Program-made: the position numbers and the translations under genes
Notes under the pieces: model-generated
What the model was told of the DNA's origin: nothing
The model's database searches: none
What the model saw: the letters and a program-made list of their open reading frames with translations, nothing else
Assembly (NCBI RefSeq): GCF_004010195.1
Contig: NC_057710.1
Coordinates: 125,229,397-125,293,396, forward strand
DNA from: Chiloscyllium plagiosum
Lineage: Eukaryota
DNA: 64,000 nt
Direction: 5' to 3'
Shown: positions 26,030 through 36,916 of the stretch, piece by piece
Layout: each line of letters begins with the position of its first letter
Position numbering within the stretch: the stretch's first letter is position 1

Positions 26030-27410
26030 ATTCAGGCGGCAGCTCCCCAACTTAGTATCAGAGCACATTCAAGCGAAAAGGCTGTATCTTCAAGCTCATC
26101 AGACTCTACTGTAGAACTTAAATCCAATGTAGTACCTACATTTAAAACGGTCTCTCCGTGCTGGGCAGATTATACCAATGTTCAGTTTTTCAATGTTACC
26201 ACCAAGTCGGGTGGGGTTTAGAGTGGAGCTTTCCAATGCACTGTACTGGTTTCAAGGGGGTTCGAAAGCAGAGGATGTCTTGCAACATGTTTGAAAAGAG
26301 CTCCAGCCTGAAATCATCTTCAGTGATAACAGACACTTTCTTTTTGACTTGCACTTGGATATAAAGAGTCCCTTGAACTCAACACCGAGAGATGAGTCGG
26401 ACGGGAGGGTTGGGAAGGTCAGGGAGACAGAGCCCGTTCGATCTCGACCCTTTCAATATGAAGGTCTGCCCTGTATAACTGGTACTAATTGTGTTTGTTG
26501 CAAACTGATAATGCTGCACAAATACACCTTAAACCGATGCGGAGTTGCATTTAAACCAACAAGTATAAAAGAGTTGGAATTAGGACTTGTTAATGTTCTG
26601 GTTCGAAGGAACATCGTTGCCGTCTGCTAAAATAGTCGTGTCTATCTCACAGTTCCCAACTGAAGCAGAACTGGAGCCTCCCCACACAGACTGGCACCCA
26701 ACTTGTACCAGGCACTGGGCACCACCGCCGCCCATTCTGGCCTGACCCTCTTTAACAAGGTAGAAGCGGGTCTTTTTTGATTATCCCGTGCATCGCCTGA
26801 CCCCCGAGCCCGCAGATAGATGTGTTTTCCTTGTTTTAAAATGTAGACCATGGTAAGCTGAATAAACACTTCCACATTCCTGCACGGATGGAAGCGCGCC
26901 GAGATATGCGGATATTTTCAGGCAATGGCTCAAGACTAGACCATGTCAGCTTCACTTATTAAAAGGCAGGCGACAGGTGGCAGCGGTTTGAGGAGGTATA
27001 AATCTGTGAGAATTAACTTGTCGAGTTTTGAGGATAAATCGGGCATGCCTCAGATTCGGATTACCCTTTGTAGACTAGAATTTCATCGGCCTCGTATATT
27101 ATCACAAGATCTGTTCAGATGTTAAAAGCTGTAAAATCCCCCCGGAATCATCCTGAAGGCGAATAACACACACACACAGCCAGCCCCACACGAACAGTCA
27201 GCTATAGGGATATCCAGGCCGTCAGGGAGAGGGTGCAGAGCAGGTGCACAGCCCATCACAACACACACACACACACACATATATATATTCACATCTGATG
27301 GCCGCAAATGGAGAGGACAGGTTAATATTCTGTGTTCTCTACACTCCAGGATGAGGCAGCTGGAGTTATGCAAAAAGTTACCCGTTAAGCAAGGAAAGGC
27401 CGGGCGTGAG
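26030..27410. promoter_or_regulatory. CpG-enriched, TE-free island; candidate Pol II promoter or 5' end of a gene
   Basis: About 45 CpG in 1.4 kb by hand count, far denser than the flanks. TATAAAA lies at 26564-26570, with (CA)n tracts at ~27166 and ~27260. Confidence 0.55.
26595..26852 (+). other. Candidate first exon ending in the start codon (start coordinate estimated from the TATA box)
   Basis: GACCATG|GTAAGC gives a Kozak-context ATG at 26850-26852, directly followed by a near-consensus splice donor at 26853. Confidence 0.4.
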
Positions 27411-27504
27411 ATCTGGCAAAACTAGGGGCTTACTTCTATGATGAGGAAATGGATCCACAAGAAAGTAAAACGTGTGGTTATGGGAACATAAGTCTATTTT
27501 TTTT

Positions 27505-27790
27505 AAAATTTATTTACGCATGTGGGCGTTTCTGGCTAGGCCAGCATTCCCCAGGAAGTGGTTTTGAGTCAACCACATTGCTGTGGGTCGAGAATCATAT
27601 GTAAGCCAGACCAAGTAAGGATGACAGTTTCCTTCCCTCGAGAACATTAGTGAACCAGATGGGTTTTTTCCCCCCAACAATCAACAATGGTTTCATGGTC
27701 AGGATTAGACTCTTAATTCCAGATTTTTAATTGAATCCAAATTCCACCATAATACAATGCCAGGTTTCAAACTCTGGTGCTGAGATCCAG
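27505..27790 (-). mobile_element. tRNA-derived SINE with L2-type tail (same family as 53668-53966)
   Basis: Shares CATCTGGTTCACTAATGT and ATGCTGGC with the 53.7 kb copy. Its tail resembles the LINE 3' end at 43180. Confidence 0.7.
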
Positions 27791-27834
27791 TGATACCACT
27801 GTCTCCCCCTCCCCACACACACACACACATAAGG

Positions 27835-28300
27835 TATGGAATATAATGTAAGAACATGAGAGGTTATGCACTTTAGAAGGAAGAGCGGAGAAGCCAGATA
27901 CTACTTAAATGGAGAAAGACTGCAGAAAGCTACAGCAAAGAAAGATTTGGGAATCCTTCTGCATAAATCAGGGAAAAAAGCATTCAAGTTCAGCAGATAA
28001 TAGGGAAAGCAAATCAAAAGTTGACCTCTATTGTAAAGGGAAAGGAGTATAAAACTAGGGAGGCTTTGTACAATGGTACAAGATATTAGTCAGATGAGAG
28101 CTGTTGGAATATTGTGAACAGTTTTGATTCCTTTATCAAAGAAGAGATATACATGCATTGGAGACAGTCTGGAGAAGATTCACGAGGTTGTTTCCAGGTA
28201 TGGAAGAACTGTCATGTGAGGAGTGGTTCGGTAGGTTAGGCTGGTACTCATCGGAATTTCGAAGAATGTAAGGCAAACTTATTGAAACATACAAGATAGT
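27835..28300 (+). mobile_element. Old CR1 RT 3' fragment
   Basis: Degenerate MEYNV...EVMHF, DLG.L.H.S and LE.V.RRFTRL.PG motifs. Confidence 0.7.
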
Positions 28301-28339
28301 GATGTAACAGCTGCTGAAGTATTCTATGTTGAACTGTAG

Positions 28340-29135
28340 CAAGACCTGTACAGAATCCAGGTTTTGGGCTGGCAAATGACAAGTACAACTCGTGCCAAAC
28401 AAATGTCAGGCAATGACCATGTCCAACAAGAGTGGATCTAAACATTCCCCCTTGTCATTCAATGGCATTATCATCATTGAATTCTCACTGTCAACATCCT
28501 TTCAGGTTAGAGTTGATGAGAACCTGAAATGCGATAGACATGTAAGTAGTGTAGCTACAAGATCAAGTCAGATGCAATGAATTATGCAGCAGGTAACTCA
28601 CCTCCTGACTCCTAGAGCTTGTCCACCATCTACAAGTCACAATTCAAAAGTGAAGGAATACTCCCCACTTGCCTGGATGAATGCAGATCCAACACCCTTC
28701 AGAAGCTTGCCATCATCAAAGATAAATTGGCCCCCTTTATTGGTATCCACCACCATCAACATTCACCATCTCCAAAGCCAATGAAAAAAATGGCATCAAT
28801 GTTACTACCTATAAGATGCACTGCACAAAATCACAAAGGCTCCCTTGACAGCAACTATCAAATCTGTGGCCTCTGTCCTGAGAAGGACAACGGTAACAGA
28901 TACAGGACAACATATCCACTTGGATGTTCCCCTCAAAGCCACTTAACTATTCTGACTTGGAAATATATTGCTGTTCCTTCAATGTCACTGAATTAATATC
29001 CTGATTCCTGATGAAGGGCTTATGCCCAAAATGTCGATTTTCCTGCTCCTCGGATGCTGCCTGACCTGCTGTGCTTTTCCAGCACCACTCTCTTGACCCC
29101 AGTATCCTGGAACTCCCTGTCTAACAGCATTGTGG
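28340..29135 (+). mobile_element. L2/CR1-group LINE RT C-terminal fragment
   Basis: Encodes PNKCQAMTMSNK, PLSFNGIII, QVTHLLTP, STIYKSQ and EYSPLAWM. Interrupted at 29004 by a Penelope-type insert. Confidence 0.75.
29004..29100 (+). mobile_element. Penelope-like family A mini-insert; hammerhead core damaged by CpG decay
   Basis: ATTCCTGATGAAGGGCTTATGCCCAAAATGTCGA, with TATCCTG repeated at 28997-29003 and 29103-29109. Confidence 0.8.
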
Positions 29136-29189
29136 TTTTGTTTAGTCTGCACAGTGAAAACTAGGTCAGGAGTGTGCAACAAACTCAAC

Positions 29190-30565
29190 TATAAACCTTA
29201 ACTCTGTTTCTCTCTCCACAGATGCTGCCAGAGCTGCTGAGTTTCTCCAGCATTCTCTGTGATTGCTTCAGATCTCCAAGCATCCACAATATTTTGCTTT
29301 TATTTGAGTATTTAATTCACTGCCATTTCTCTTCAAGGTATGCCCTCCTTGGAGAAGTTCTACTCTTCTCTCTGGTATGATTTCCATTTTAATCTTTCAA
29401 CTTGTTCTCCTTCATTGCTTTATATCTCCCAATTAGGTGTTTGATTGAGTACTTGGCAATAATGTTGCTTTCACAGCCACATCTCAGTGACTGAATGGAT
29501 TTTTGCTAGGTTCCATCCTTCTTGTTTCCAACCCACCCAGGATTCAGTTGTCTCGGACAACCGTTCCCACCACATCCTGAGATCCATACTCAGTGCCATG
29601 CACATTCTATACCTTTTTCCCCATTAACACTGCTTCATGCTACCTTGAAGCTGTCACAGTCCCCTGTTCAATTTCATTTTATGTCTCATTTGACTCTTTA
29701 ATAAGAGAAGTTTCTCTTCCTTTCAGATATTCATTAAAAAACCGCAAGCTCCAAAAAGGGTGCTGACATCCCTCTGGATTCTTCTTCTCTTCCCATTCCC
29801 TCTGACTCCACCCCTTCATCTTATCCCACTTCAAGTTGTATATTCACTATACTGTCGGACCTTACCCTCTCTGATGCTGCATGATCTGTGCTTATCAAAG
29901 TACCTAGCCTTATCCTGTCACATGCTCATTTCAATGAATTTAAGGCATAATGTTGAACTCTTCTTCTATTGTTTTTGTCTCTGTGCCCATTTCTTTGGAC
30001 AAAGAGTCCTCTTCCAATGACACAGACATTTTCACTGCTCTCCAATACTCTTCCTCAACTTGGACTCCTTCCTCTGGCCTTTTACCTGTACTTCCATTAA
30101 AAAGATTCTGAAGAAAAGTCACACCGGACTTAAAATGTTAACTCCGTCTCTCTGTTTACAAATGCTGCCAGACCTGTTAACTTTCTCCAACATCCCGGCG
30201 GCACGGTGGCACAGTGGTTAGCACTGCTGCCTCACAGCGCCAGAGACCCGGGTTCAATTTCCACCTCAGGCGACTGACTGTGTGGAGTTTGCACGTTCTC
30301 CCCGTGTCTGCGTGGGTTTCCTCTGGGTGCTCCGGTTTCCTCCCACAGTCCAAAGATGTGCAGGTCAGGTGAATTGGCCATGCTAAATTGCCCGTAGTGT
30401 TAGGTATGGGGTAAATGTAGGGGTATGGGTGGGTTGCACTTCGGCGGGTCGGTGTGGACTTGTTGGGCCGAAGGGCCTGTTTCCACACTGTAATGTAATG
30501 TAATCTAATCTAATCCCCTGTGTTTCCTTCAGATTTTCAGCATCCAGAGTACTTGGCTTTTATTA
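29190..30565 (+). mobile_element. Internally deleted Penelope-like element: terminal repeat, ORF N-terminal relic, terminal repeat (family C)
   Basis: Direct terminal units lie at ~29190-29300 and 30106-30565. Between them are degenerate FTI..DL.LSDA..SVL.K.LS.I and RHNVELFF..F.L.AHFFGQ, resembling the PLE N-terminal LSKGL.F region. Confidence 0.65.
30197..30515 (+). mobile_element. Young full-length HE1-type V-SINE
   Basis: GGCGGCACGGTGGCACAGTGGTTAGC (A box), GGTTCAATT (B box), V-domain and a (TAATG/TAATC)n tail. CpGs are retained. Inserted in a Penelope terminal unit. Confidence 0.93.
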
Positions 30566-30659
30566 GGGGTGAATAATTGCCATGCATATCAATGTGCAAA
30601 GCTCAGTGTACCCAGAACAATCCATGATCTCTTTAAGAAACACCATATCTGCAACTAAG

Positions 30660-30920
30660 TGTTAAGGAAATTCAGCAGGTCCGACAGCATCTGTGGAGAG
30701 AAAACGTCCTTTGGCTGGATTTTCCAAGTGAGGCAATTACAGTCAGAGTGCCACTCTGTTACTTTTTTTTATGATAGGAAAGAAATCTGAATGAATTTTG
30801 GAATTCCAAACCAGATTTGAAATGTTAAGTCTTTTCTCTCTACATAGATGTTGTCAGAGCTGCTGAGTTTCTCCAGCACTTTCTGTTTCCTGTATTTTTG
30901 CAGTAGTACTTTGCTTTTAT
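30660..30920. mobile_element. Two old family C Penelope-type termini in inverted orientation
   Basis: TCAGCAGGTCCGACAGCATCTGTGGAGAGAAA (30672-30703) is an inverted match to TCTCTCTACATAGATGTTGTCAGAGCTGCTGAG (30835-30867). Confidence 0.6.
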
Positions 30921-32269
30921 TTTAATGCAGTTCCTTGGTTTCTGGATTATTTGTACCTGATGATCATAAACATACGCAAATGTAGCTGGCTGTTTGAGTA
31001 TTTATTTCTTCTCTTCAACATTTTGACACCAATGATCTTATCATAAAGAGGGATAAATTTAATTCTCTGGCTCCTACCTCAAGCTAATGCAGGTATGGAG
31101 ATGATTCACAAGGGAAATTAATGCATTGGACAGTTTGTAAGTTGATTTACAATTCTAGAATTACTTGGCAAAAGATACTTGATTATGAAACAGGTTTGGT
31201 ATCATCAACATGTTTTGAAATTGTCTGTTGTATTCCAAGATCCAAGTCATTTATACATGTACATGACCCTTCCAAAACAGGATTATCTGTAATCCTCCAG
31301 TCTGAAAAATAGCGAAGTCCCAAAACTTGCTATTTTCTGTTATTAAGTCAATTGCTTGCCCAATTGGACACTGACCTTACGATTCCATGAAGCTTATTTT
31401 TGTTAATCAGACTTTTAGGAGTACTATGCTTATAAAATAAAAAAAATCAGACAGACAACAGTCACCACATTTCTTTCATCAACCTTCTCTGTTTCTTCAG
31501 CAAGAACTCATTTAGATTTGTAATACACAGCATGCCTTTACAACTTCATGCTGGGCTGCCCTTAATTAACTAAAACATCTTCAAGTACTAGTTGATTATG
31601 CTGACTAAAACTTCACCTAGCAGTGGTGTTAAACTAACATCCTGTACTTATGATAATTTTCTTACATGATTTCATGAATTAGCGTTTTTTTTAACATTCT
31701 AAGAGTTTTTAGTGTCTCTGTCATAACAAGAGAAAAATTGAAATAATGTGGTAAATATTTCCACTACCTCAAGGCTATTTCTTTGACTAAGGAATGGGAT
31801 GCAAGCTGTCCCTAGATCAGGTGACTTATCTATCTAGCCAGCCTTTCAAGAACCTTCTCACTCTCAGTTTTTATACAGTCCATTACTTCTGCTTTATTTG
31901 CAGCTCTGTTGTTTTGTGAGATTCCTCTTCCTTTGCAAAAATAAATACAGTAAGAATTCAATCTTTCTCCTAAGCCTCACTGATACAACTTACTCCAGCT
32001 GCTTACTCATTCTTTCTATATTCTCTTTTATGTTACTGGCAATTCTATTCTCATATTGTCGCTTGTCAATATTATTTTTCTATTCATTTCAGCAGTCAAC
32101 CTATTGTTTTTGTCCAGTTTTCACTTGGGGAATTTATCTAACATGCATCATTCAATCTTCTTATAGTGAGCCATACTCATAATCTTCCTCTTTCACCAAG
32201 GAGAATACTTTGGGACTTTTATATTTGTTGGATTGTAGCTAACTTGTACATGAAAATATGCAAGCAAAC

Positions 32270-32495
32270 AAATTAGGGGCAGGATTGGGCTATTTGGTCC
32301 CTTCAGTCTGTTCTGCCATTTGATACAATCATGGCTGATCTTCTAATTCAGCCCCATTTGTTTCTGCTGTTCTCCATATCCCTTGATTCCCTGAGAGACT
32401 ATTCTGTCTATCTCAGCCTTAAATCCATTCAACAATGGAGCTTTCAGAAAACACTTGAGTGGACAATTCCAAAGATTCACAGTCTTCTGAATGAA
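32270..32495 (-). mobile_element. CR1 3' end fragment
   Basis: ORF 32343-32525 gives FFIQKTVNLWNCP...LNGFKAEIDR...GIKGYGE. Confidence 0.75.
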
Positions 32496-32498
32496 AAA

Positions 32499-32600
32499 GT
32501 TCTGAAGAAAGATTACTGGACCCAAAACGTTACCTCTGATTTCTTTCCACCAATGCTGCCAGTCCTACTGAGTTTTTTCAGCAATATCTGTTTTTGTTTC
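32499..32600 (+). mobile_element. Family C Penelope-type terminal unit beginning at a decayed hammerhead core
   Basis: GTTCTGAAGAAAGATTACTGGACCCAAAACGTTACC...ATGCTGCCAG...TGAGTTTTTTCAGCA. Confidence 0.65.
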
Positions 32601-35581
32601 TTATCAGCAGGAGACCTGGACCAGTTTGAGGATGGGGTCTCATTTGCAGCCCACCAACAGTAGGTGTCAAACTGGTGCTTTGAGTCAGCTTTCAGGGAGA
32701 GGAAAGCAAGAGTTTTGTCGGTTCCTTTGAGGAGCCAGCCAATAGCTAGAGAAAAACAGGAGGTACATAGGTAAATCTGGCATGGTGTACGAGTAAGCCT
32801 GGAACTCCTTTGAGGGTTGATCTCACCAATGTACAAGTTACACATATCTGTGACCATTTTGAGAATGTTCTCCATCAGTCTCCAAGGATGACTGGTTAAG
32901 TAACTAAACACCAGTAGAAATTGATGCTAACATTATGGCAAATATAAATGATTGAATGCAATTCTGTCAGAGGTAGAAATCATCAAAACATCTTAAGGGT
33001 TGCAACAGAGAATTATCAAGTATGATATGCTCTTGCAGTCAGAAATATCTCGGACCATTTAAATGGTTCAGTTTGGTGGAAGTAAGGAACAATTTATAGA
33101 GATAAATTGTAAAAGGTTATAATTAAATTGAAAATAAGTGAAATATCTTCAAAGCTCTAGTGTTGAATGTATGATATAAATATATTTGTCAAAACAACAA
33201 AATTACTTTAAGCAATTATGACTTTAAATGAGTTAGCAGGAAAATTAAACACAAAATAAAGAGGAATACTTTTTTTAACAAACCCTATAAGAAAAACTTT
33301 ACTTTGGAGTGAATGAAAGAACATTCAAAAGTATATTAAAAAGGGTGTCAGGGAGGCGCAAAAGGGAGACCTGATACAAAAGCACAACAACTGCGGCTAA
33401 GTGTAACAGTGAAAAAAATCTTTTCATCATCAGCATAGTAAAGAAGCAGTCAAAAAATGAAAACCTTAAAAATGCCAATAAGCATGAAACTGACAATATG
33501 CACAAGATACTAAATATTCTAAATCAGCACTTCCTTCAAGTACTCTTATCAACAATATGCATGTACCAAGCAATCTAAATGGGTTCAAAAATGGATCCAC
33601 AAAGATGGATGGTACCTATCCCAAAGTCCTGTAGAGAGATTTTAGGAAAATTTGTAAGCCACTGACAACTATCATGGGGAAATATCAATAGATTAGAAAC
33701 ACAAACTTTTTTTTTTAGGTATTTTCAGTATTGGAGCTGATTTCCTCGAATACTAGGAGCAGTAATTACTGTTTTACAATCTGCTGCATTGTTTTGCAAC
33801 TTTGGGAAAAAAAAGAGATTAAAACAACGGCACTTTAAAAAGGAGGACAGGCGACAAAGGTTGTGACCATGTGGGAAATGAATCAAAGGGAGAAATAAAC
33901 CTGCACAGCTGTCTGACCCAGCAGTGAACCTACACAAGTGTCTCTGGACATTGGAGTTCATCTAAGAAAAATAAACTAACAGTGAAATTCATAGCTGACT
34001 TTGGAAAAACTGCGTGAGGGAGCTCACAGTTGGGGAGCAGCTATGTGTCTAGTTTTCAAAGTATAACCTTACTTTTTTTTTTGTAAATCTACAATAGTGA
34101 GTGGAGCGGATTCATTTTCAATTATATGTTTTTATTGAGATCTGCCTCTTGATTAAATTCTAAAAATATGAAACATAGGTACTAACTTAGCCAGGAGCAG
34201 TGTTTTTTAGAGCAGTAAGACTGGGCTATTTTCTGGGTCTGTAGATTGTTAAAGTGCAACGATGGCCTTGAGAACAGTGATGTGCTCTTCCTGTCAGATG
34301 TGGGAGATCCATGTTACTGATGATTATGCCTGCAGTAAATGTGTTTGATTGTGAGTCCTATTGGATTGTATGGATCGGTTGGAGCAGCAGTTAGAGGCAA
34401 TGAGGAATTTACAGGAACAGGGGAGGGTGATGGATGGCTGTTGCAGGAAGGGATTAAAAACCGCAGATACAGTCAGGTAGATGGGTTACCTCCAGGAAAG
34501 ATAGGAGGGGTAGGCAGGAGTCTCCTGTGGCTATCCCCAGCTCAAACAAGTATACTGTTTTGGAAAATATACAGGGCAAAGCACTCTCAGGGGAATGTAG
34601 CACTGACAGCCAGATTTCTGGTACCAAGACTGGCTGTACTGTAATGAGAGTACGCCAAGTTCCGATTGATCAATTGTAATAAGGGCCTCTCCAGTCAGAA
34701 GCACAGACAGATGTTTGAGCAGCTGACAATGAGGCATCAGATCGGGTGTATTCTTAGTGCCAGGATCAAGGATATCTCAGAGAGAGTGCAGAATGTTCTC
34801 AAAGGGGAGAGGGACCAGCGGGGGGGGGGGGGGGGGGTTGGATGTTATACACATTGAACTAATGACATAGGAAGAGAAAGGATGAGATTCTGAGGAGAGA
34901 ATATAGAAAGCTAGGCAGGAATTTAAAAAGTAGGTCCTCAAGAGTAGTAGTATCTGAAATACTGCTGGTGCCACGAGCTACTAGGAGAATAGAGCAGATG
35001 AATGTGTGGCTAAGGTACTGGTACAGGGGAGAAAGATTCACACTTTCAGATCATTGGAATCTCTTCTGGGATGGAAATGACCTCTATAAGAAGGACTGAT
35101 TGCATCTGAATTAGAAGAGGACTAATATACTGGCGGAGAGATTTGCTTGGGCTGCTCAGGAGGATTTAAACTAGTAAGGGGTTGGGGTGGGTGGGACCTG
35201 GGTGGATGGGACCCAGGAACAGTGAGAAAAAACCAGGGAGACAGTGAGAAAATAGATCAGTCTGAGACTGGTGCACTGGGAAAAGGAGTGAGTCAAACAG
35301 TCAGGGCAGACAGGAACAAAGCAGAGAATGAGGTAGGACTGATAAATTAAACTGCATTTATTTCAATGCAAGAGACCTAACAGGTAAGGCAGATGAACTC
35401 AGGTTGGGAACATGGGACTGCGATATCATAGCAAGTACAGAGACGTGGTTTAGGAATGGACAGGACTGGCAGCTTAATGTTCAGGATAGGAAGGGGGGTA
35501 AGAAAGGATGGGGAGTAATGTTTTTATTAGGGATAACATTACGGCTGTACTTAGGGTGGATACAAATTCCTGGTAATATAA

Positions 35582-36484
35582 CTAGGGATTCACTTGATCC
35601 CTGCTGTCTATACCTGGCATATGTTTCCTTCTAATACTTGACCAAAACCTCAATTTCTATATGTGCCCTTCAACCTAACAGGAACATACTGTCTCTGTAC
35701 TCTTGTTATTTTATTTGTGAAAGCTTTCCATTTTCCAGTTGCCCCTTTACCTGTGAACATCTGCCCCCAATCAACTTTTGAAAGTTCTTGCCTAATACTG
35801 TCAAAGTTGGCCTTCCTCCAATTCAGAACTTGGCTGGAACTGAGAAATAATAAAGAGATGATCACCTTACTGGGTTGTACTATAGACTTCCAAATAGTCA
35901 GTGGAAATTGAGAAACAAATTCGTGAGGAGATCTCAATGATCAGTAAGACTAATAAGGTGGTTATGGCAGGAGATTTTAACTTTCCAACCTTAGACTGGT
36001 ACTGCCATAGTGTTAAGGGCTTGGATGGAAAGGAATTTCTTAAGTGTGTATAAGAAAAGTTTCTGAGCCAGTATGTGGATGTACCTACTAGAGAAGGTGC
36101 AAAACTTGACCTACTCTTGGGAAATAAGGCAGGACAGGTGACTGAGGTGTTGGGTGGAGCACTTTGGGGCCAATGACCATAGCTATGTTAGTTTTAAAAT
36201 AGTGATGGAGAAGGATAGACTGGATCTGAAGTTAAAGTTCTTAATTGGAGGAAGGCCAACTTTGACAGTATTAGGCAAGAACTTTCAAAAGTTGATTGGG
36301 GGCAGATGTTCACAGGTAAAGGGGCAACTGGAAAATGGGAAGCTTTCACAAATAAGATAACAAGAGTACAGAGACAGTATGTTCCTGTTAGGTTGAAGGG
36401 CACATATAGAAATTGAGGTTTTGGTCAATTATTAGAAGGAAACATATGCCAGGTATAGTCAGCAGGGATCAAGTGAATCCCTAG
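35582..36484. repeat. 250-bp inverted duplication inside the CR1
   Basis: 35582-35831 is the reverse complement of 36235-36484 with only a few mismatches. The ORF track shows the same peptide on opposite strands. Confidence 0.92.
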
Positions 36485-36619
36485 AAGAGTAAAAAGGCAG
36501 TAGGATTATGCTTAAGAGGTAACTCAGGAAGGCAAAAACGGGACATGAGATAACTTTGGCCAATAGGGTTAAGGAGAATCCAAAGGGATTTTACAAGTAC
36601 ATTAAAGACAAAAGAGTAA

Positions 36620-36916
36620 AGATTAGATTACTTACAGTGTGGAAACAGGCCCTTCGGCCCAACAAGTCCACACCGACCCGCAACCCACCTAGACTCATTC
36701 CCCTACACCTAACACTACAGGCAATTTGGCATGGCCAATTTGCCTAACCTGCACATTTTTGGATTGTGGGAGGAAACCGGAGCACCCGGAGGAAACCCAC
36801 GCAGACACGGGGAAAATATGCAAACTCCACCCAGAGAGTTGCCTGAGGTGGGAACTGAACCCAGGTCTCTGGTGCTGTGAGGCAGCAGGGCTAACCACTG
36901 TGCCACCGTGCCGCCC
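36620..36916 (-). mobile_element. HE1-type V-SINE nested in CR1 ORF2
   Basis: Minus strand begins GGGCGGCACGGTGGCACAGTGGTTAGC and carries the V-domain and a (TAATC)n tail. Confidence 0.92.

Noticed and set aside
34820-34837. G18 tract (G-quadruplex potential)
   Set aside because: Homopolymer expansion inside a dead CR1 ORF1, and its length is unreliable.
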